A stretch of 64,000 bases of DNA from Acidobacteriota bacterium (GTDB lineage: Bacteria; Actinomycetota; Acidimicrobiia; Acidimicrobiales; Ilumatobacteraceae), in NCBI GenBank assembly GCA_018970175.1, contig JAGWWV010000001.1:29605-93604 (forward strand), read 5' to 3'. The first letter of the stretch is position 1. Each line of letters opens with the position of its first letter. The notes beneath the pieces are model-generated. The model worked only from the letters and a program-made list of their open reading frames with translations. It did not search any database and had not been told where the DNA came from. Position numbers and translations under genes: made by a program. Below are positions 1 through 9,125 of the stretch, in pieces.

Positions 1-127
1 CCCAGTCGCCGTCGCCGAGACCGACCGCGCGGAGCATCGCTCGCGCGGGCGCCTTCTGTGGGCCGTCGGTGACGTCGCGGCTGCGCGGTTTGATGTCGAC
101 TGGTGTGCCTTCAGGTGTCGGAGACAT
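1..127 (-). CDS. ilvD: dihydroxy-acid dehydratase, N-terminal fragment (gene runs off the left edge)
   Basis: A reverse-strand ATG at 127..125 opens [42 protein letters not shown]. This resembles the conserved IlvD N-terminus (RSR-VT-G ... AR-MLRA-G). It is too short to appear in the ORF track. Confidence 0.6.
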   Translation of the reverse strand, partial: MSPTPEGTPVDIKPRSRDVTDGPQKAPARAMLRAVGLGDGDW

Positions 128-155
128 GTGGCAAGGCTATTCGCCCGACCCGAAT

Positions 156-1004
156 TCAGGCGTGGCTCGGCACCTTTTCGTCCACGGAAGTTTTTGTCGT
201 CGATCCACCACGGCCGCCGTACAAGAACGCCCAGCCAACGGGGATCAGATAGGCGAAATACGCGATGACACGCACGTGCTCGGCCTCGTTGTGCCAGCCA
301 AAGAATCCCTTCATGAAGTCGTAGAAGGTGCCCGATGCCCACGCACCCGAGGCGACGCTCCACGTCGGCTCGACCAACCAACCGGATTCGAAACCGAGGA
401 GTTCGCGGTACTCGTGGAAGAACTTGCCGAACAGCCCCGCTGCGAAGAGGATCAACAACACGCCCGTGACGTTGAAAAAGACGCGCAGGTTCACCCGGTT
501 GCCGCCCACATAGACGAGACGACCGAGAACCGCGGCGACCACGAGTCCCAACAGGCCACCGATGACCACGGACGAACCACTCGACGACGCCGTCTCGGCC
601 GAAATGAGAAACAGAACGGTCTCGAGTCCTTCACGCACGACGGCGACGAATGCGATGGTCGCGAGCGCGCGGTCGGTCGTTGCCGAGTCGACCTGCGCAC
701 GCAACTCGGCGCCGAGACCGCGGGAGTGGCGACGCATCCAGAAGATCATCCACGTGAGAACACCGGCTGCCGCCAGAGCGATCGTGCCTTCGATGAATTG
801 TTCGGGCTTGCCCTCGAACTCACCGACGAAGACATGGAAGGCGATGCCACCAACGAGGCACAACAGGGCCGCCAGTCCGGCGCCCTTCCACACCGTTGCG
901 ATCTCGGAACGCCGACCACTCTTGGCGAGATACGCGACGAGAATCGCCAGAACCAGCGCAATTTCCAGGCCTTCGCGCAATGTGATGAGGAAGCTTGCTC
1001 CCAC
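156..1004 (-). CDS. efeU: FTR1/EfeU-family high-affinity iron permease
   Basis: The 282-aa polytopic membrane protein has two REGLE motifs (LREGLEIAL near the N-terminus and VREGLETVLF mid-protein). These are the hallmark REXLE iron-binding motifs of the FTR1 family. Confidence 0.75.
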   Translation of the reverse strand: MGASFLITLREGLEIALVLAILVAYLAKSGRRSEIATVWKGAGLAALLCLVGGIAFHVFVGEFEGKPEQFIEGTIALAAAGVLTWMIFWMRRHSRGLGAELRAQVDSATTDRALATIAFVAVVREGLETVLFLISAETASSSGSSVVIGGLLGLVVAAVLGRLVYVGGNRVNLRVFFNVTGVLLILFAAGLFGKFFHEYRELLGFESGWLVEPTWSVASGAWASGTFYDFMKGFFGWHNEAEHVRVIAYFAYLIPVGWAFLYGGRGGSTTKTSVDEKVPSHA

Positions 1005-1043
1005 GGGGACCTCCAGAGACTCGGGGTGTAAGGACTACCTAAC

Positions 1044-1062
1044 CCATGTTAGGCGTACCAAA
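1044..1062. promoter_or_regulatory. candidate IdeR/DtxR-like iron box upstream of the iron permease
   Basis: CCATGTTAGGCGTACCAAA matches about 14 of 19 positions of the degenerate consensus TWAGGTWAGSCTWACCTWA by my hand alignment. It overlaps the perfect inverted repeat CCTAAC-ccat-GTTAGG (1038..1053) and lies 40-60 nt upstream of the efeU start. Confidence 0.3.
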
Positions 1063-1093
1063 CACCCGCCGTCAACCTGCCGGCGGAAGAAAC

Positions 1094-2350
1094 CTAACGA
1101 CGGTCGGCCGACGCGCCGAAGCCGAAGAGTTGGCTGCCGACCTTGCGCATCTGGATTTCCTCGCTGCCCTCGGTGATCCGGTACCGACGGTGGTGTCGGT
1201 AGATGTGCTCGAAGGGCATGTGACGCGAATACCCGACCCCACCACAGGTCTGCATCGCGCGATCAGCCGCGTCGCAGGCCAGTCGGTTGGCGCGGTAGTT
1301 GCACATCGCGACGAGGTGCGTGACCTCCATGTGGTGTTTGTTGTCGAGAGACCACGCCGTGTAGCGCACCAACTGGCGCAACATGGCGGCTTCGGTGTGC
1401 AGTTCGACGAGTGGGAACTGAATCCCCTGGTTTGTCGACAGTTTCTTGCCCCACGTCACGCGGGTGTTCGAGTACTTCACGGCCTCGTTGATGCAGAACT
1501 GGGCTGCGCCAAGAGACGATGCTGCCTGGCGGATGCGGTTTTCGTGCACGAAGTGCTGTGCGAGTTCGAGACCGTGGTCGACGCGCCCGAACACCGCGTC
1601 GCTACCGACGCGCACGTCTTTCATGCTCACTTCGGCGTGGTCGGTCGGCATGTTGAAGGTCCACCAGAAGAACTCGACCTTGAACCCCGGGGAGTTCGTC
1701 GGCACGAGGAACGCGGTGATTCCCACGGGGTCACCGGGCTTTCCACTGGTGCGGGCAAAGATGATGTCGTGCGTCGCGTGGTGCAAACCACTGTTCCATC
1801 GCTTCATCCCGTTCAACACCCACTCGTCGCCATCGCGGAATGCAGTGGTTTCCATGTACGTGGCGTCACTTCCGTGATTCGGTTCGGTGAGACCGAATGC
1901 GAGTCGACGCGTGCCGTCGAGGAAACCAGGCATCCATTGGGCCTTTTGCGCATCGGTGCCGAAGTCGCGCATCATGAGCACGGTTGGAAAGTTGCCGACG
2001 ATGCTCGACTCGTTCTGCAGGTCGTTGTGCAGGCCCAGCCCCTTGGTGGCCAGATGTTCACGAATGATCGCCATCTCGAGGTTGCTCGCGTTGCGACCGC
2101 CGTATTCCTTGGGCAGTGCGAGCCGCAACCAGCCGGCGGCATCTGCGCGCCGACGCATCTCGCGAAGTAGCGCCTCCCAGTCCTCGCGCGGGACGCCACC
2201 GTTGTCGAAGTCCGTCCGGGCCCACTCACGACGGTGATCGAAAAAGCGGATGTTGTCGTCTTGTTGTTCAAGTGGCTTGATCTCGCGCTCGATGAAAGCG
2301 TCGATCTCGTCGAGCGTGGTCTGAATTTCCCTCGGAATCGCGAAGTCCAT
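1094..2350 (-). CDS. acyl-CoA dehydrogenase family protein
   Basis: The translation has typical ACAD features (LTEPNHGSDA, RWNSG..., C-terminal ITEGSEEIQ). I prefer the ATG at 2350 (MDFAIPREIQ...) because the ORF-track start at 2425 adds a basic, non-homologous leader. Confidence 0.85.
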   Translation of the reverse strand: MDFAIPREIQTTLDEIDAFIEREIKPLEQQDDNIRFFDHRREWARTDFDNGGVPREDWEALLREMRRRADAAGWLRLALPKEYGGRNASNLEMAIIREHLATKGLGLHNDLQNESSIVGNFPTVLMMRDFGTDAQKAQWMPGFLDGTRRLAFGLTEPNHGSDATYMETTAFRDGDEWVLNGMKRWNSGLHHATHDIIFARTSGKPGDPVGITAFLVPTNSPGFKVEFFWWTFNMPTDHAEVSMKDVRVGSDAVFGRVDHGLELAQHFVHENRIRQAASSLGAAQFCINEAVKYSNTRVTWGKKLSTNQGIQFPLVELHTEAAMLRQLVRYTAWSLDNKHHMEVTHLVAMCNYRANRLACDAADRAMQTCGGVGYSRHMPFEHIYRHHRRYRITEGSEEIQMRKVGSQLFGFGASADRR

Positions 2351-2426
2351 TACCCGAGGGTAGGCGACACGTTTCACGGGTTCCGAACGCGCTCGCCAGC
2401 GGTTACCCAACGGTAGGTGAGGCAAG

Positions 2427-3332
2427 ATGGAGGTTCAGAACGAAAGCAAGGTCGGACACATGCCAGCAAGCCAAGTATCCCGGGTCGGAATCGTCGGTTG
2501 TGGACTGATGGGCTCGGGTATTGCCGAGGTTTGCGCCAAAGCGGGACTCGACGTGATGGTCCGCGAGATCAGCGCCGCCGCGATGGAGGCTGGCCAGAAA
2601 CGGCTCACCGCCTCGCTCGACCGCGCTCTCGGTGCGAACAAGATCACTGAAGACGAACGCGACTCGGCCCTGTCGAGACTCAGTTTCACCACCGACCTCG
2701 CCGACTTCGCCGACCGACAACTCGTCGTCGAGGCCGTCATCGAAGACGAGGGCTTGAAGACGGAAGTGTTTGCCCATCTCGACAAGTACGTCGAGGACGA
2801 AAACGCGATTCTGGCCACGAACACCTCGTCCATTCCCGTCATGAAACTGGGAATGGCGACACAACGACCCTCACAGGTGGTCGGCGTCCACTTCTTCAAC
2901 CCGGTTCCGGTCCTGAAGCTCGTCGAGTTGGTGCCGTCGCTCCTCACGTCGAGCGACACGATCGATCGCGCGGTCGACTTCGCCGAGGGAACCCTGCACA
3001 AGAAGGTCATCCGTTCGAACGACCGCGCCGGTTTCATCGTGAATGCCCTCCTGGTCCCCTACATCCTCTCCGCGGTGCGGATGATGGAATCCGGTTACGC
3101 ATCCGCCGAAGACATCGACCTGGGCATGGTCGAAGGATGTGCGCACCCGATGGGACCACTGCGACTGGCCGACCTCATCGGCCTCGACACGATCGTTGCC
3201 ATCGCCGAAAGCCTCTACGCCGAATTCAAAGAGCCGCTGTACGCAGCCCCACCCCTGCTTTCGCGCATGGTTGATGCGGGTCTGCTCGGCCGCAAGGCCG
3301 GTCGGGGCTTCTACGACTACAGCAAGAAATAA
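2427..3332 (+). CDS. 3-hydroxyacyl-CoA / 3-hydroxybutyryl-CoA dehydrogenase
   Basis: It has a Rossmann motif VGIVGCGLMGSGIA, then HFFNPVPVLKLVE and the C-terminal GRKAGRGFYDY typical of the Hbd/FadB C-terminal domain family. GGTGAGG lies upstream of the ATG. Confidence 0.9.
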   Translation: MEVQNESKVGHMPASQVSRVGIVGCGLMGSGIAEVCAKAGLDVMVREISAAAMEAGQKRLTASLDRALGANKITEDERDSALSRLSFTTDLADFADRQLVVEAVIEDEGLKTEVFAHLDKYVEDENAILATNTSSIPVMKLGMATQRPSQVVGVHFFNPVPVLKLVELVPSLLTSSDTIDRAVDFAEGTLHKKVIRSNDRAGFIVNALLVPYILSAVRMMESGYASAEDIDLGMVEGCAHPMGPLRLADLIGLDTIVAIAESLYAEFKEPLYAAPPLLSRMVDAGLLGRKAGRGFYDYSKK

Positions 3333-3349
3333 GACGGAAAGGAACGACG

Positions 3350-4498
3350 ATGACGGAACACCAGTTCTCACTCGATGGTGAACAGATCGCATTTCGCGAT
3401 GTCGTGCGAAAGTTCGCCGAAGACAAGATCGCACCACTCGCCGCCGAAACCGATCGCACGGGCGAATACTCGTGGGATGCGTTCAAGGCACTGCAGGCCA
3501 TGGAACTCACGGCGCTGTCCTACCCCGCCGAATACGGCGGAAGCGGCGCATCGCTCGTCACCCAGGCCGTGGTGGCCGAAGAACTTGCACGGGTCTGTGC
3601 GAGCACCAGCCTCATGTTTCTCATCTCGAAGCTCGGAATGCTGCCGGTCATCAACTTCGGAAGCCACCAGCTGAAGGAGAAGTACCTGCCGCGCATTTGC
3701 AGCGGCGAGTCGCAGTGCAGCTACGGCCTGTCCGAAGCCGACGCAGGCAGTGACGTCGCGTCCATGACCACACGTGCAACACGCGACGGCAACGACTGGA
3801 TCATCAACGGTTCGAAGATCTGGATCACGAACGCGGGTGTCAGCGATCTCTACACCGTGTTCGCCCGCACCAGCGACGACCGCCACAAGGGAATCTCGGC
3901 GTTCTTGGTCGAGGCCAGCTGGGGCGTCCACATCGACAAGGTGGAACACAAACTCGGCATCAAGGGCTCCCCGACCGGGGTCATCCGCTTCGACAACCTG
4001 CGGGTGCCGGATGCCAACCGCATCGGTGAAGTCGGCGAGGGCTTCGCGATCGCGATGCACACTCTCGATCGCAGCCGCCCGACGATCGGGGCGCAGGCCG
4101 TCGGCATCGCCCAGGGGGCAATCGACTACGCCGTTGCCTACATGAAGGAACGCAAGACGTTCGGCGCCACCCTCGCAACACGCCAGGGTCTCCAGTGGAT
4201 GGTTGCCGAGGCGCAGATGCAAGTCGAGGCTGCGCGAACGCTCGTCTACCGCGCCTGTGCCGCCGTCGACGCCGGCGACCCGCACGGCGACCTGTCCACC
4301 CTCGGCGCGATGGCCAAGTGCTTCGCCTCGGATGTGGCGATGCAGGTCACCACCGACTGTGTGCAGCTGCTGGGTGGCTACGGCTACACCAACGACTTCC
4401 CGGTCGAACGGATGATGCGCGACGCAAAGATCACCCAGATCTACGAAGGCACCAACCAAATCCAGCGCATGGTGATCGCCAAGAAGGTCTTCGGCTGA
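3350..4498 (+). CDS. acyl-CoA dehydrogenase (short/medium-chain type)
   Basis: The 382-aa product carries YGLSEADAGSDVASM, ITNAG and the C-terminal QIYEGTNQIQRMVIAK, classic ACAD signatures. A GGAAAGGAA RBS precedes the start. Confidence 0.9.
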   Translation: MTEHQFSLDGEQIAFRDVVRKFAEDKIAPLAAETDRTGEYSWDAFKALQAMELTALSYPAEYGGSGASLVTQAVVAEELARVCASTSLMFLISKLGMLPVINFGSHQLKEKYLPRICSGESQCSYGLSEADAGSDVASMTTRATRDGNDWIINGSKIWITNAGVSDLYTVFARTSDDRHKGISAFLVEASWGVHIDKVEHKLGIKGSPTGVIRFDNLRVPDANRIGEVGEGFAIAMHTLDRSRPTIGAQAVGIAQGAIDYAVAYMKERKTFGATLATRQGLQWMVAEAQMQVEAARTLVYRACAAVDAGDPHGDLSTLGAMAKCFASDVAMQVTTDCVQLLGGYGYTNDFPVERMMRDAKITQIYEGTNQIQRMVIAKKVFG

Positions 4499-4515
4499 AC
4501 CAAACCACCCGCATC

Positions 4516-5625
4516 GTGGTGGCCGACGGAGTCGGCGCGCCGTGGGAGCTCCTGCGCGATCAAGTCGACGACATCCGGCAGAGGGGTGGCACGTGCGAGG
4601 TCTTCGTCGGTTGGTGTCTTGCAGACGGACTCAAGTGGCTCGATGCGTCGCCAGACACCACCGTCAGGTCGTTCATGGGTGGCAACGGATCACGCCACCT
4701 CTCGTCGTCACCGCATTTCAACTACGTACCGGTGCGCTTCTCGCATCTACCGCGCGCGCTCGCGACCTGGCTACAGCCCTACACGCTGTTGATGTCGGCC
4801 CGGCAGGTGGGGACGAGCTGGCACCTCGGCACGGAAGCGGGTTGGATTCCCGCAGCCATCGAGCACGCCGATCAGGTCATCGTCCGACCCAATCCCTCTC
4901 TCCCCTGCACCACGGCAATCGGCGATCTGCGCATCGATGCAGCGGTGTCGGTCAGTGAAGGGCAAACATCGCCGCCTGAAGTGATACCTCCGCCCGTGGT
5001 CGACGATGTTTCGCGCGCTATCGCCGAACGCATCGTTGCGTCGCTTCCCGAAAATGCCGCCATCCAGTACGGCCCGGGGCCGATCGGAGCGGCATGCGTC
5101 GCACTTCTGAAGAAACCGACCCGCATTCGTTCGGGCATCGTGAGCGACGCGGTCGTCGAGGCGATGCGGCGAGGCATCGTCGCGGGAACTCCTGCTGGTT
5201 CGTACGCCGTCGGTACCGAGTCGTTTTACGCCGAGATCACAGATCGCGGTTGGGTTGATCGGGTCGAACGAACCCATGATCACCGCTCGCTCGCGGACGA
5301 CACCTTCTTCGCGCTCAACACGGCCCTTGAAATCGACCTGTCGGGACAAGTGAACGTCGAGAACATTCGCGGCGCGACCGTCGCCGGCCTGGGGGGACAC
5401 GCCGACTTCGCCTTTTCAGCAGCATCGAGCCGTCGCGGTCTCAGCATCGTTGCGCTGCCGAGTCACCGTGGATCAAGGCCGACTCTCGTCGAAAAACTCG
5501 CGGAGAACGTGACGACCCAACGATCCGACATCGACGTAGTCGTCACCGAAAACGGGATGGCCGACCTGCGCGGACTGAGCGACCGTGAACGCGCCCGCGC
5601 GCTTGGTGCGTTGTGGAACGTGTGA
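4516..5625 (+). CDS. acetyl-CoA hydrolase/transferase family protein (4-hydroxybutyrate CoA-transferase-like)
   Basis: The C-terminal half (ALEIDLSGQVNVE...GLGGHADF...VVTENGMADLRGLS) matches the AcetylCoA_hyd/transferase C-terminal pattern. The ORF-track start (4195) overlaps the previous gene, so the real start is probably the GTG at 4516/4519. The start is uncertain. Confidence 0.6.
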   Translation: MVADGVGAPWELLRDQVDDIRQRGGTCEVFVGWCLADGLKWLDASPDTTVRSFMGGNGSRHLSSSPHFNYVPVRFSHLPRALATWLQPYTLLMSARQVGTSWHLGTEAGWIPAAIEHADQVIVRPNPSLPCTTAIGDLRIDAAVSVSEGQTSPPEVIPPPVVDDVSRAIAERIVASLPENAAIQYGPGPIGAACVALLKKPTRIRSGIVSDAVVEAMRRGIVAGTPAGSYAVGTESFYAEITDRGWVDRVERTHDHRSLADDTFFALNTALEIDLSGQVNVENIRGATVAGLGGHADFAFSAASSRRGLSIVALPSHRGSRPTLVEKLAENVTTQRSDIDVVVTENGMADLRGLSDRERARALGALWNV

Positions 5626-5629
5626 CGAA

Positions 5630-6907
5630 CTAGACCCGGCCGAGAACGACCGGCAGGGACTTCAGGCCCCGCGACAGCATCGTCGGATTCCAGGTCAGCT
5701 CGGAGCGGTCGGCTGCCATCGTGATCGTCGAGAATTCGCGCAACACCGCGGAGAGGGCGAGATCCGCTTCGAGGCGCGCGAGCGGCGCGCCGAGGCAGTA
5801 GTGCAGGCCGAAACCAAAACCGATGTGGCCCGTCGGATTGCGCCGCAGGTTGAGCGTGTCGGGATCGTCGAAGACGAGCGGGTCACGGTTCGCCGACGGA
5901 TTGACGAGGAATACTCGCTCGCCCGCCTTCATGTCGATGCCACCGAACTCGTGGTCCTCCTTCACGAGACGAACCATCGAACGCGCCGGGCCATCGAACC
6001 GGGTGATTTCTTCGATCGCCATCGGCATGATGTCGGGGTTGCGTCGCAGGTCGTTCATCTGGTCGGGGAACTCGAGCAGAGCCAGCAGACCGTTCGTGAT
6101 GAGGTTGGTGGTGGTTTCGTGACCGCCGAACAAGAGAAGCGTGCAGGTGGAAATGAGTTCGTCGCGCGACAGCGAGTCGCCGTCTTCCTGTTCGAGCAGG
6201 AGGCTGATGAGATTGTCTTCGGGCGCGACTTCGAATTTCTCGATCATCCCGAGGAGATAGTCGCGCAGGTCGAGCATGCCCCGCGCTGCTTCATGGAATC
6301 GATCGGGATTGTCGTAGGCGCCGAACACCAACGACGTCAGTTTGTCGGACCACTCCTTGAAGAGAATCCGGTCTTGAGGTGGCACACCGAGCATCTTTGC
6401 GATGACGATTGCCGGCAGTGGCGCGGCAAATTCACCGATGAAGTCGACCGGACGGCCCTCGGGCAGGTCGGCGATCAGACTGTCGACTACTTCTTGGATG
6501 TCGACGGTCTGGGCGCGCACGACTGACGGCGCGAAAATCCGGGACACAAGGCGGCGTAGACGCGTGTGATTCGGTGGATCGAGAAAGACCATCCAATTCG
6601 CGAGGATTCGGAACGTTTCGTCGACCGCTGCGGAGTTGGTTTGACGCATCACCGATGCGCGGAACGGCTCCATACGATCGGCGGTGAGATTCGTGTTGCG
6701 CATTGCGGCCGTCACCAATTCGTGGGTTGTGACCACCCACGCTTTGTGACGGGTGTTCCAGTGAATCGGCGCCGTATCGCGCAGGCTGCCGAAGAATTGG
6801 TAAGGGTCGCGCACTGCGTCGTCACACACGAGGTTGTGGTCGAATTGCGCGGTCGACAGCGCGCCACGCGGGGTGGCGTCGGTCGAGTTGGCGTCGGCGT
6901 CGCTCAT
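5630..6907 (-). CDS. cytochrome P450
   Basis: The heme-thiolate loop FGFGLHYCLGAPLA (FxxGxxxCxG), the I-helix LLLFGGHETT and an EEITRF (ExxR) motif are all present. Confidence 0.9.
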   Translation of the reverse strand: MSDADANSTDATPRGALSTAQFDHNLVCDDAVRDPYQFFGSLRDTAPIHWNTRHKAWVVTTHELVTAAMRNTNLTADRMEPFRASVMRQTNSAAVDETFRILANWMVFLDPPNHTRLRRLVSRIFAPSVVRAQTVDIQEVVDSLIADLPEGRPVDFIGEFAAPLPAIVIAKMLGVPPQDRILFKEWSDKLTSLVFGAYDNPDRFHEAARGMLDLRDYLLGMIEKFEVAPEDNLISLLLEQEDGDSLSRDELISTCTLLLFGGHETTTNLITNGLLALLEFPDQMNDLRRNPDIMPMAIEEITRFDGPARSMVRLVKEDHEFGGIDMKAGERVFLVNPSANRDPLVFDDPDTLNLRRNPTGHIGFGFGLHYCLGAPLARLEADLALSAVLREFSTITMAADRSELTWNPTMLSRGLKSLPVVLGRV

Positions 6908-6946
6908 TTCACCCTTTTTCTATCGTCGGATACGGAAACTTGTTCG

Positions 6947-7783
6947 TCACGAGAGCGTCATTCCCCCGTCGACGGTTATCACCTGACCGGTGACGAACGA
7001 CGCATCCCGACTCGCAAGAAACCCGACCACCGAGGCGATCTCCGAAGGATCTGCGAAGCGGCGCATCGGGATACCTCGCAACACGTTCTTCATCAATTCG
7101 TCACGCGTCGTTTTTGCATAGCTCGCCGCACGCTCGAGTGTTCCGTCGATCATGTCGGTCGTCGTGCTTCCGGGCGCGATGCAGTTGACACGCACACCGA
7201 ACCGCGCAAGTTCGAGAGCCTGTTGGATCGTCAGCGCCTCGACCGCCGCCTTCGACGCACAGTACGCGCCGTATCTGGCGAGCGGACGCTGTCCCGCAGT
7301 CGACGAGAAGTTGATGATCGATTTGTTGTCACTCCGCGACGCCTGGAGAAGGGGAACGAGGGCTCGACACATCTCGTGCACGGTGTCGACATTGATCTGA
7401 AAAGTCTCGCTCCACAGATCAGACGGGGTCTCGTGCGCGGTGTACGCATTCGCCTCGCCCGGGGTGCCGGCGTTGTTGACCACGGTCGCCAGATCGCCGC
7501 TCTGCTCCACCGCTTCGCGAATACTGGCGATCACCGTCGCTTTGCGAAGGTCCCCGACGACGGATACCGACGCACCTCCACCGGCCACGATTTCTTCAGC
7601 GACGGATTGTGCGCCACACCAGCCTGCTTCGCGTTCCCTCTCGGTCATCGACACGGCCGAATCAGTTCGACCATGAACGACGACGAAATAACCGTCGTTC
7701 GCAAGACGCAAAGCACACGCACGGCCAATGCCTCGCATGCGACCCGCGCCTGTCACGACTGCAACTTTGCGCACTTCGTTCAC
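6947..7783 (-). CDS. SDR-family oxidoreductase
   Basis: It has the N-terminal VAVVTGAGRMRGIG glycine motif, the YCASKAA catalytic YxxxK and NCIAPG. Confidence 0.85.
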   Translation of the reverse strand: MNEVRKVAVVTGAGRMRGIGRACALRLANDGYFVVVHGRTDSAVSMTEREREAGWCGAQSVAEEIVAGGGASVSVVGDLRKATVIASIREAVEQSGDLATVVNNAGTPGEANAYTAHETPSDLWSETFQINVDTVHEMCRALVPLLQASRSDNKSIINFSSTAGQRPLARYGAYCASKAAVEALTIQQALELARFGVRVNCIAPGSTTTDMIDGTLERAASYAKTTRDELMKNVLRGIPMRRFADPSEIASVVGFLASRDASFVTGQVITVDGGMTLS

Positions 7784-7887
7784 GTCTTCTCCCTCGGAAT
7801 CACGACGTTCGGGTCTTGAGCCCGGGGCCGGGGTGTGACCGGTGTGGGCCGGCAGAACCGACCCACACCGTCACCACCACCCGGGGA

Positions 7888-9024
7888 TCAGGGAAGCTGG
7901 TAGAACTTGCGCGGCGTGGCCTCCGACGCGCCCTCGGCGGGCACGTTGTCGGCGGTCACGAGCACCGAGGTCGCAAGGATCTGCTTGCCGGCGGTACCGG
8001 GAGCAGCGTTACCCGCGATCATGTCGGCCGCGATCTGGCAAGCAGCCTCGCCGCCGAACTCATGGCCGTCAGCCACGGTTGCGACAAAAGCGCCACCTTC
8101 ACGGATCGCTGCGTACTCCTCGGGGTCACCGTTCATCGAAACGACGATTGCCGAGCTGCCAGCGGCGGTCACAGCAGCTGCTGCACCAACGCCGAGCGAA
8201 CCGAAGCCACCAACGACAGCCTTCGCATCGGGGTTCGCCTGCAGCGCGGCCTCGACGGACTTCTGCGCCGACTCGGCGGAGAAGCCAAGTGCCTCACCAA
8301 CGACGACGAGTTCGATACCCGCCGCATCGAGCACTTCCTTCAGACCCTTTTCACGGCTCTGGAGGGCAGGGTTGTTCGCGTTGACGAGGATGACCTGGCC
8401 CGAGCCGAGCTTCTCGACGAGGTAGCGACCGATGATGCGACCGTCTTCTTCCTGGTTGGCATCGAGTGACACCACGCCCTCAGGATTGCCGGCGCCCCAC
8501 GTCACGACCGGGGTCTTTGCCTCGGTGAATGCAGCGATCAACGATTCCTGGCCGGTCATGTCGATGCCGATGTTGAAGACAGCGTCGACCTTGGCGCTTG
8601 CCCAGCCCTCGAGGAGCGCGGGCAGCTTGGTCGGGTCTCCACCGACGTCCTGATAATCGACGGTGCCGCCGTTCTTTTCGATGCAAGCCTGAAGCGGCTT
8701 CGACCAGCGCTCGGCACCGGGGACCGGCGCGAGGTTGGCAATGCCGACCTTCTTGCCCGACCACGTGGTGACGTCGCCCGCGATCGTGACTTCTGTGCCA
8801 CCCTCGGGAATGTCACCCTTCGACGGGTCGGATGCGGCTGCCGCAGTTGTATCGGCAGGCGCGGTTGTCTCTTCGGTGGCAGCTGCCGTGGTGTCGGCGG
8901 TTGCCGTCGTATCAGCGGTTGCAGTTGTGTCGGCCGTGGAGCCGCCGTCATCGTCCCCACAGGCTGAGAGCAGCGTCATGGCGACGAGCGGAAGCACCAC
9001 GAGTGCTTTCTTGGTCTTTCTCAT
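7888..9024 (-). CDS. sugar ABC transporter substrate-binding lipoprotein (RbsB-like periplasmic binding protein fold)
   Basis: The ATG at 9024 is preceded by a perfect AAGGAGGA SD. The lipobox is LLSAC-G, followed by a T/A/D-rich linker and a type-I periplasmic-binding-protein-like body. The ORF-track start (9090) is a leader extension. Confidence 0.8.
   Translation of the reverse strand: MRKTKKALVVLPLVAMTLLSACGDDDGGSTADTTATADTTATADTTAAATEETTAPADTTAAAASDPSKGDIPEGGTEVTIAGDVTTWSGKKVGIANLAPVPGAERWSKPLQACIEKNGGTVDYQDVGGDPTKLPALLEGWASAKVDAVFNIGIDMTGQESLIAAFTEAKTPVVTWGAGNPEGVVSLDANQEEDGRIIGRYLVEKLGSGQVILVNANNPALQSREKGLKEVLDAAGIELVVVGEALGFSAESAQKSVEAALQANPDAKAVVGGFGSLGVGAAAAVTAAGSSAIVVSMNGDPEEYAAIREGGAFVATVADGHEFGGEAACQIAADMIAGNAAPGTAGKQILATSVLVTADNVPAEGASEATPRKFYQLP
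8889..8935 (-). repeat. imperfect 18-nt coding tandem repeat (TTATAD x ~3) in the lipoprotein linker
   Basis: The plus strand reads gtgtcggcggttgccgtc / gtatcagcggttgcagtt / gtgtcggccgtgg, encoding ...DTTATADTTATADTTAAA... Confidence 0.6.
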
Positions 9025-9125
9025 TTTTCCTCCTTGGGTCATCCGAATCCGACTCCCCCTGTTGTTGTGGTGTGTGTGGCGCCGCACCACCGGTTGTCAG
9101 GCGACATCCGGCGCCGTGATGTCGC

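Noticed and set aside
4195-4515. The N-terminal extension of the CoA-transferase ORF overlaps the acyl-CoA dehydrogenase.
   Set aside because: It is out of frame with and overlaps a strongly supported gene, and its translation is Arg-rich. The start was moved to just after the upstream stop.
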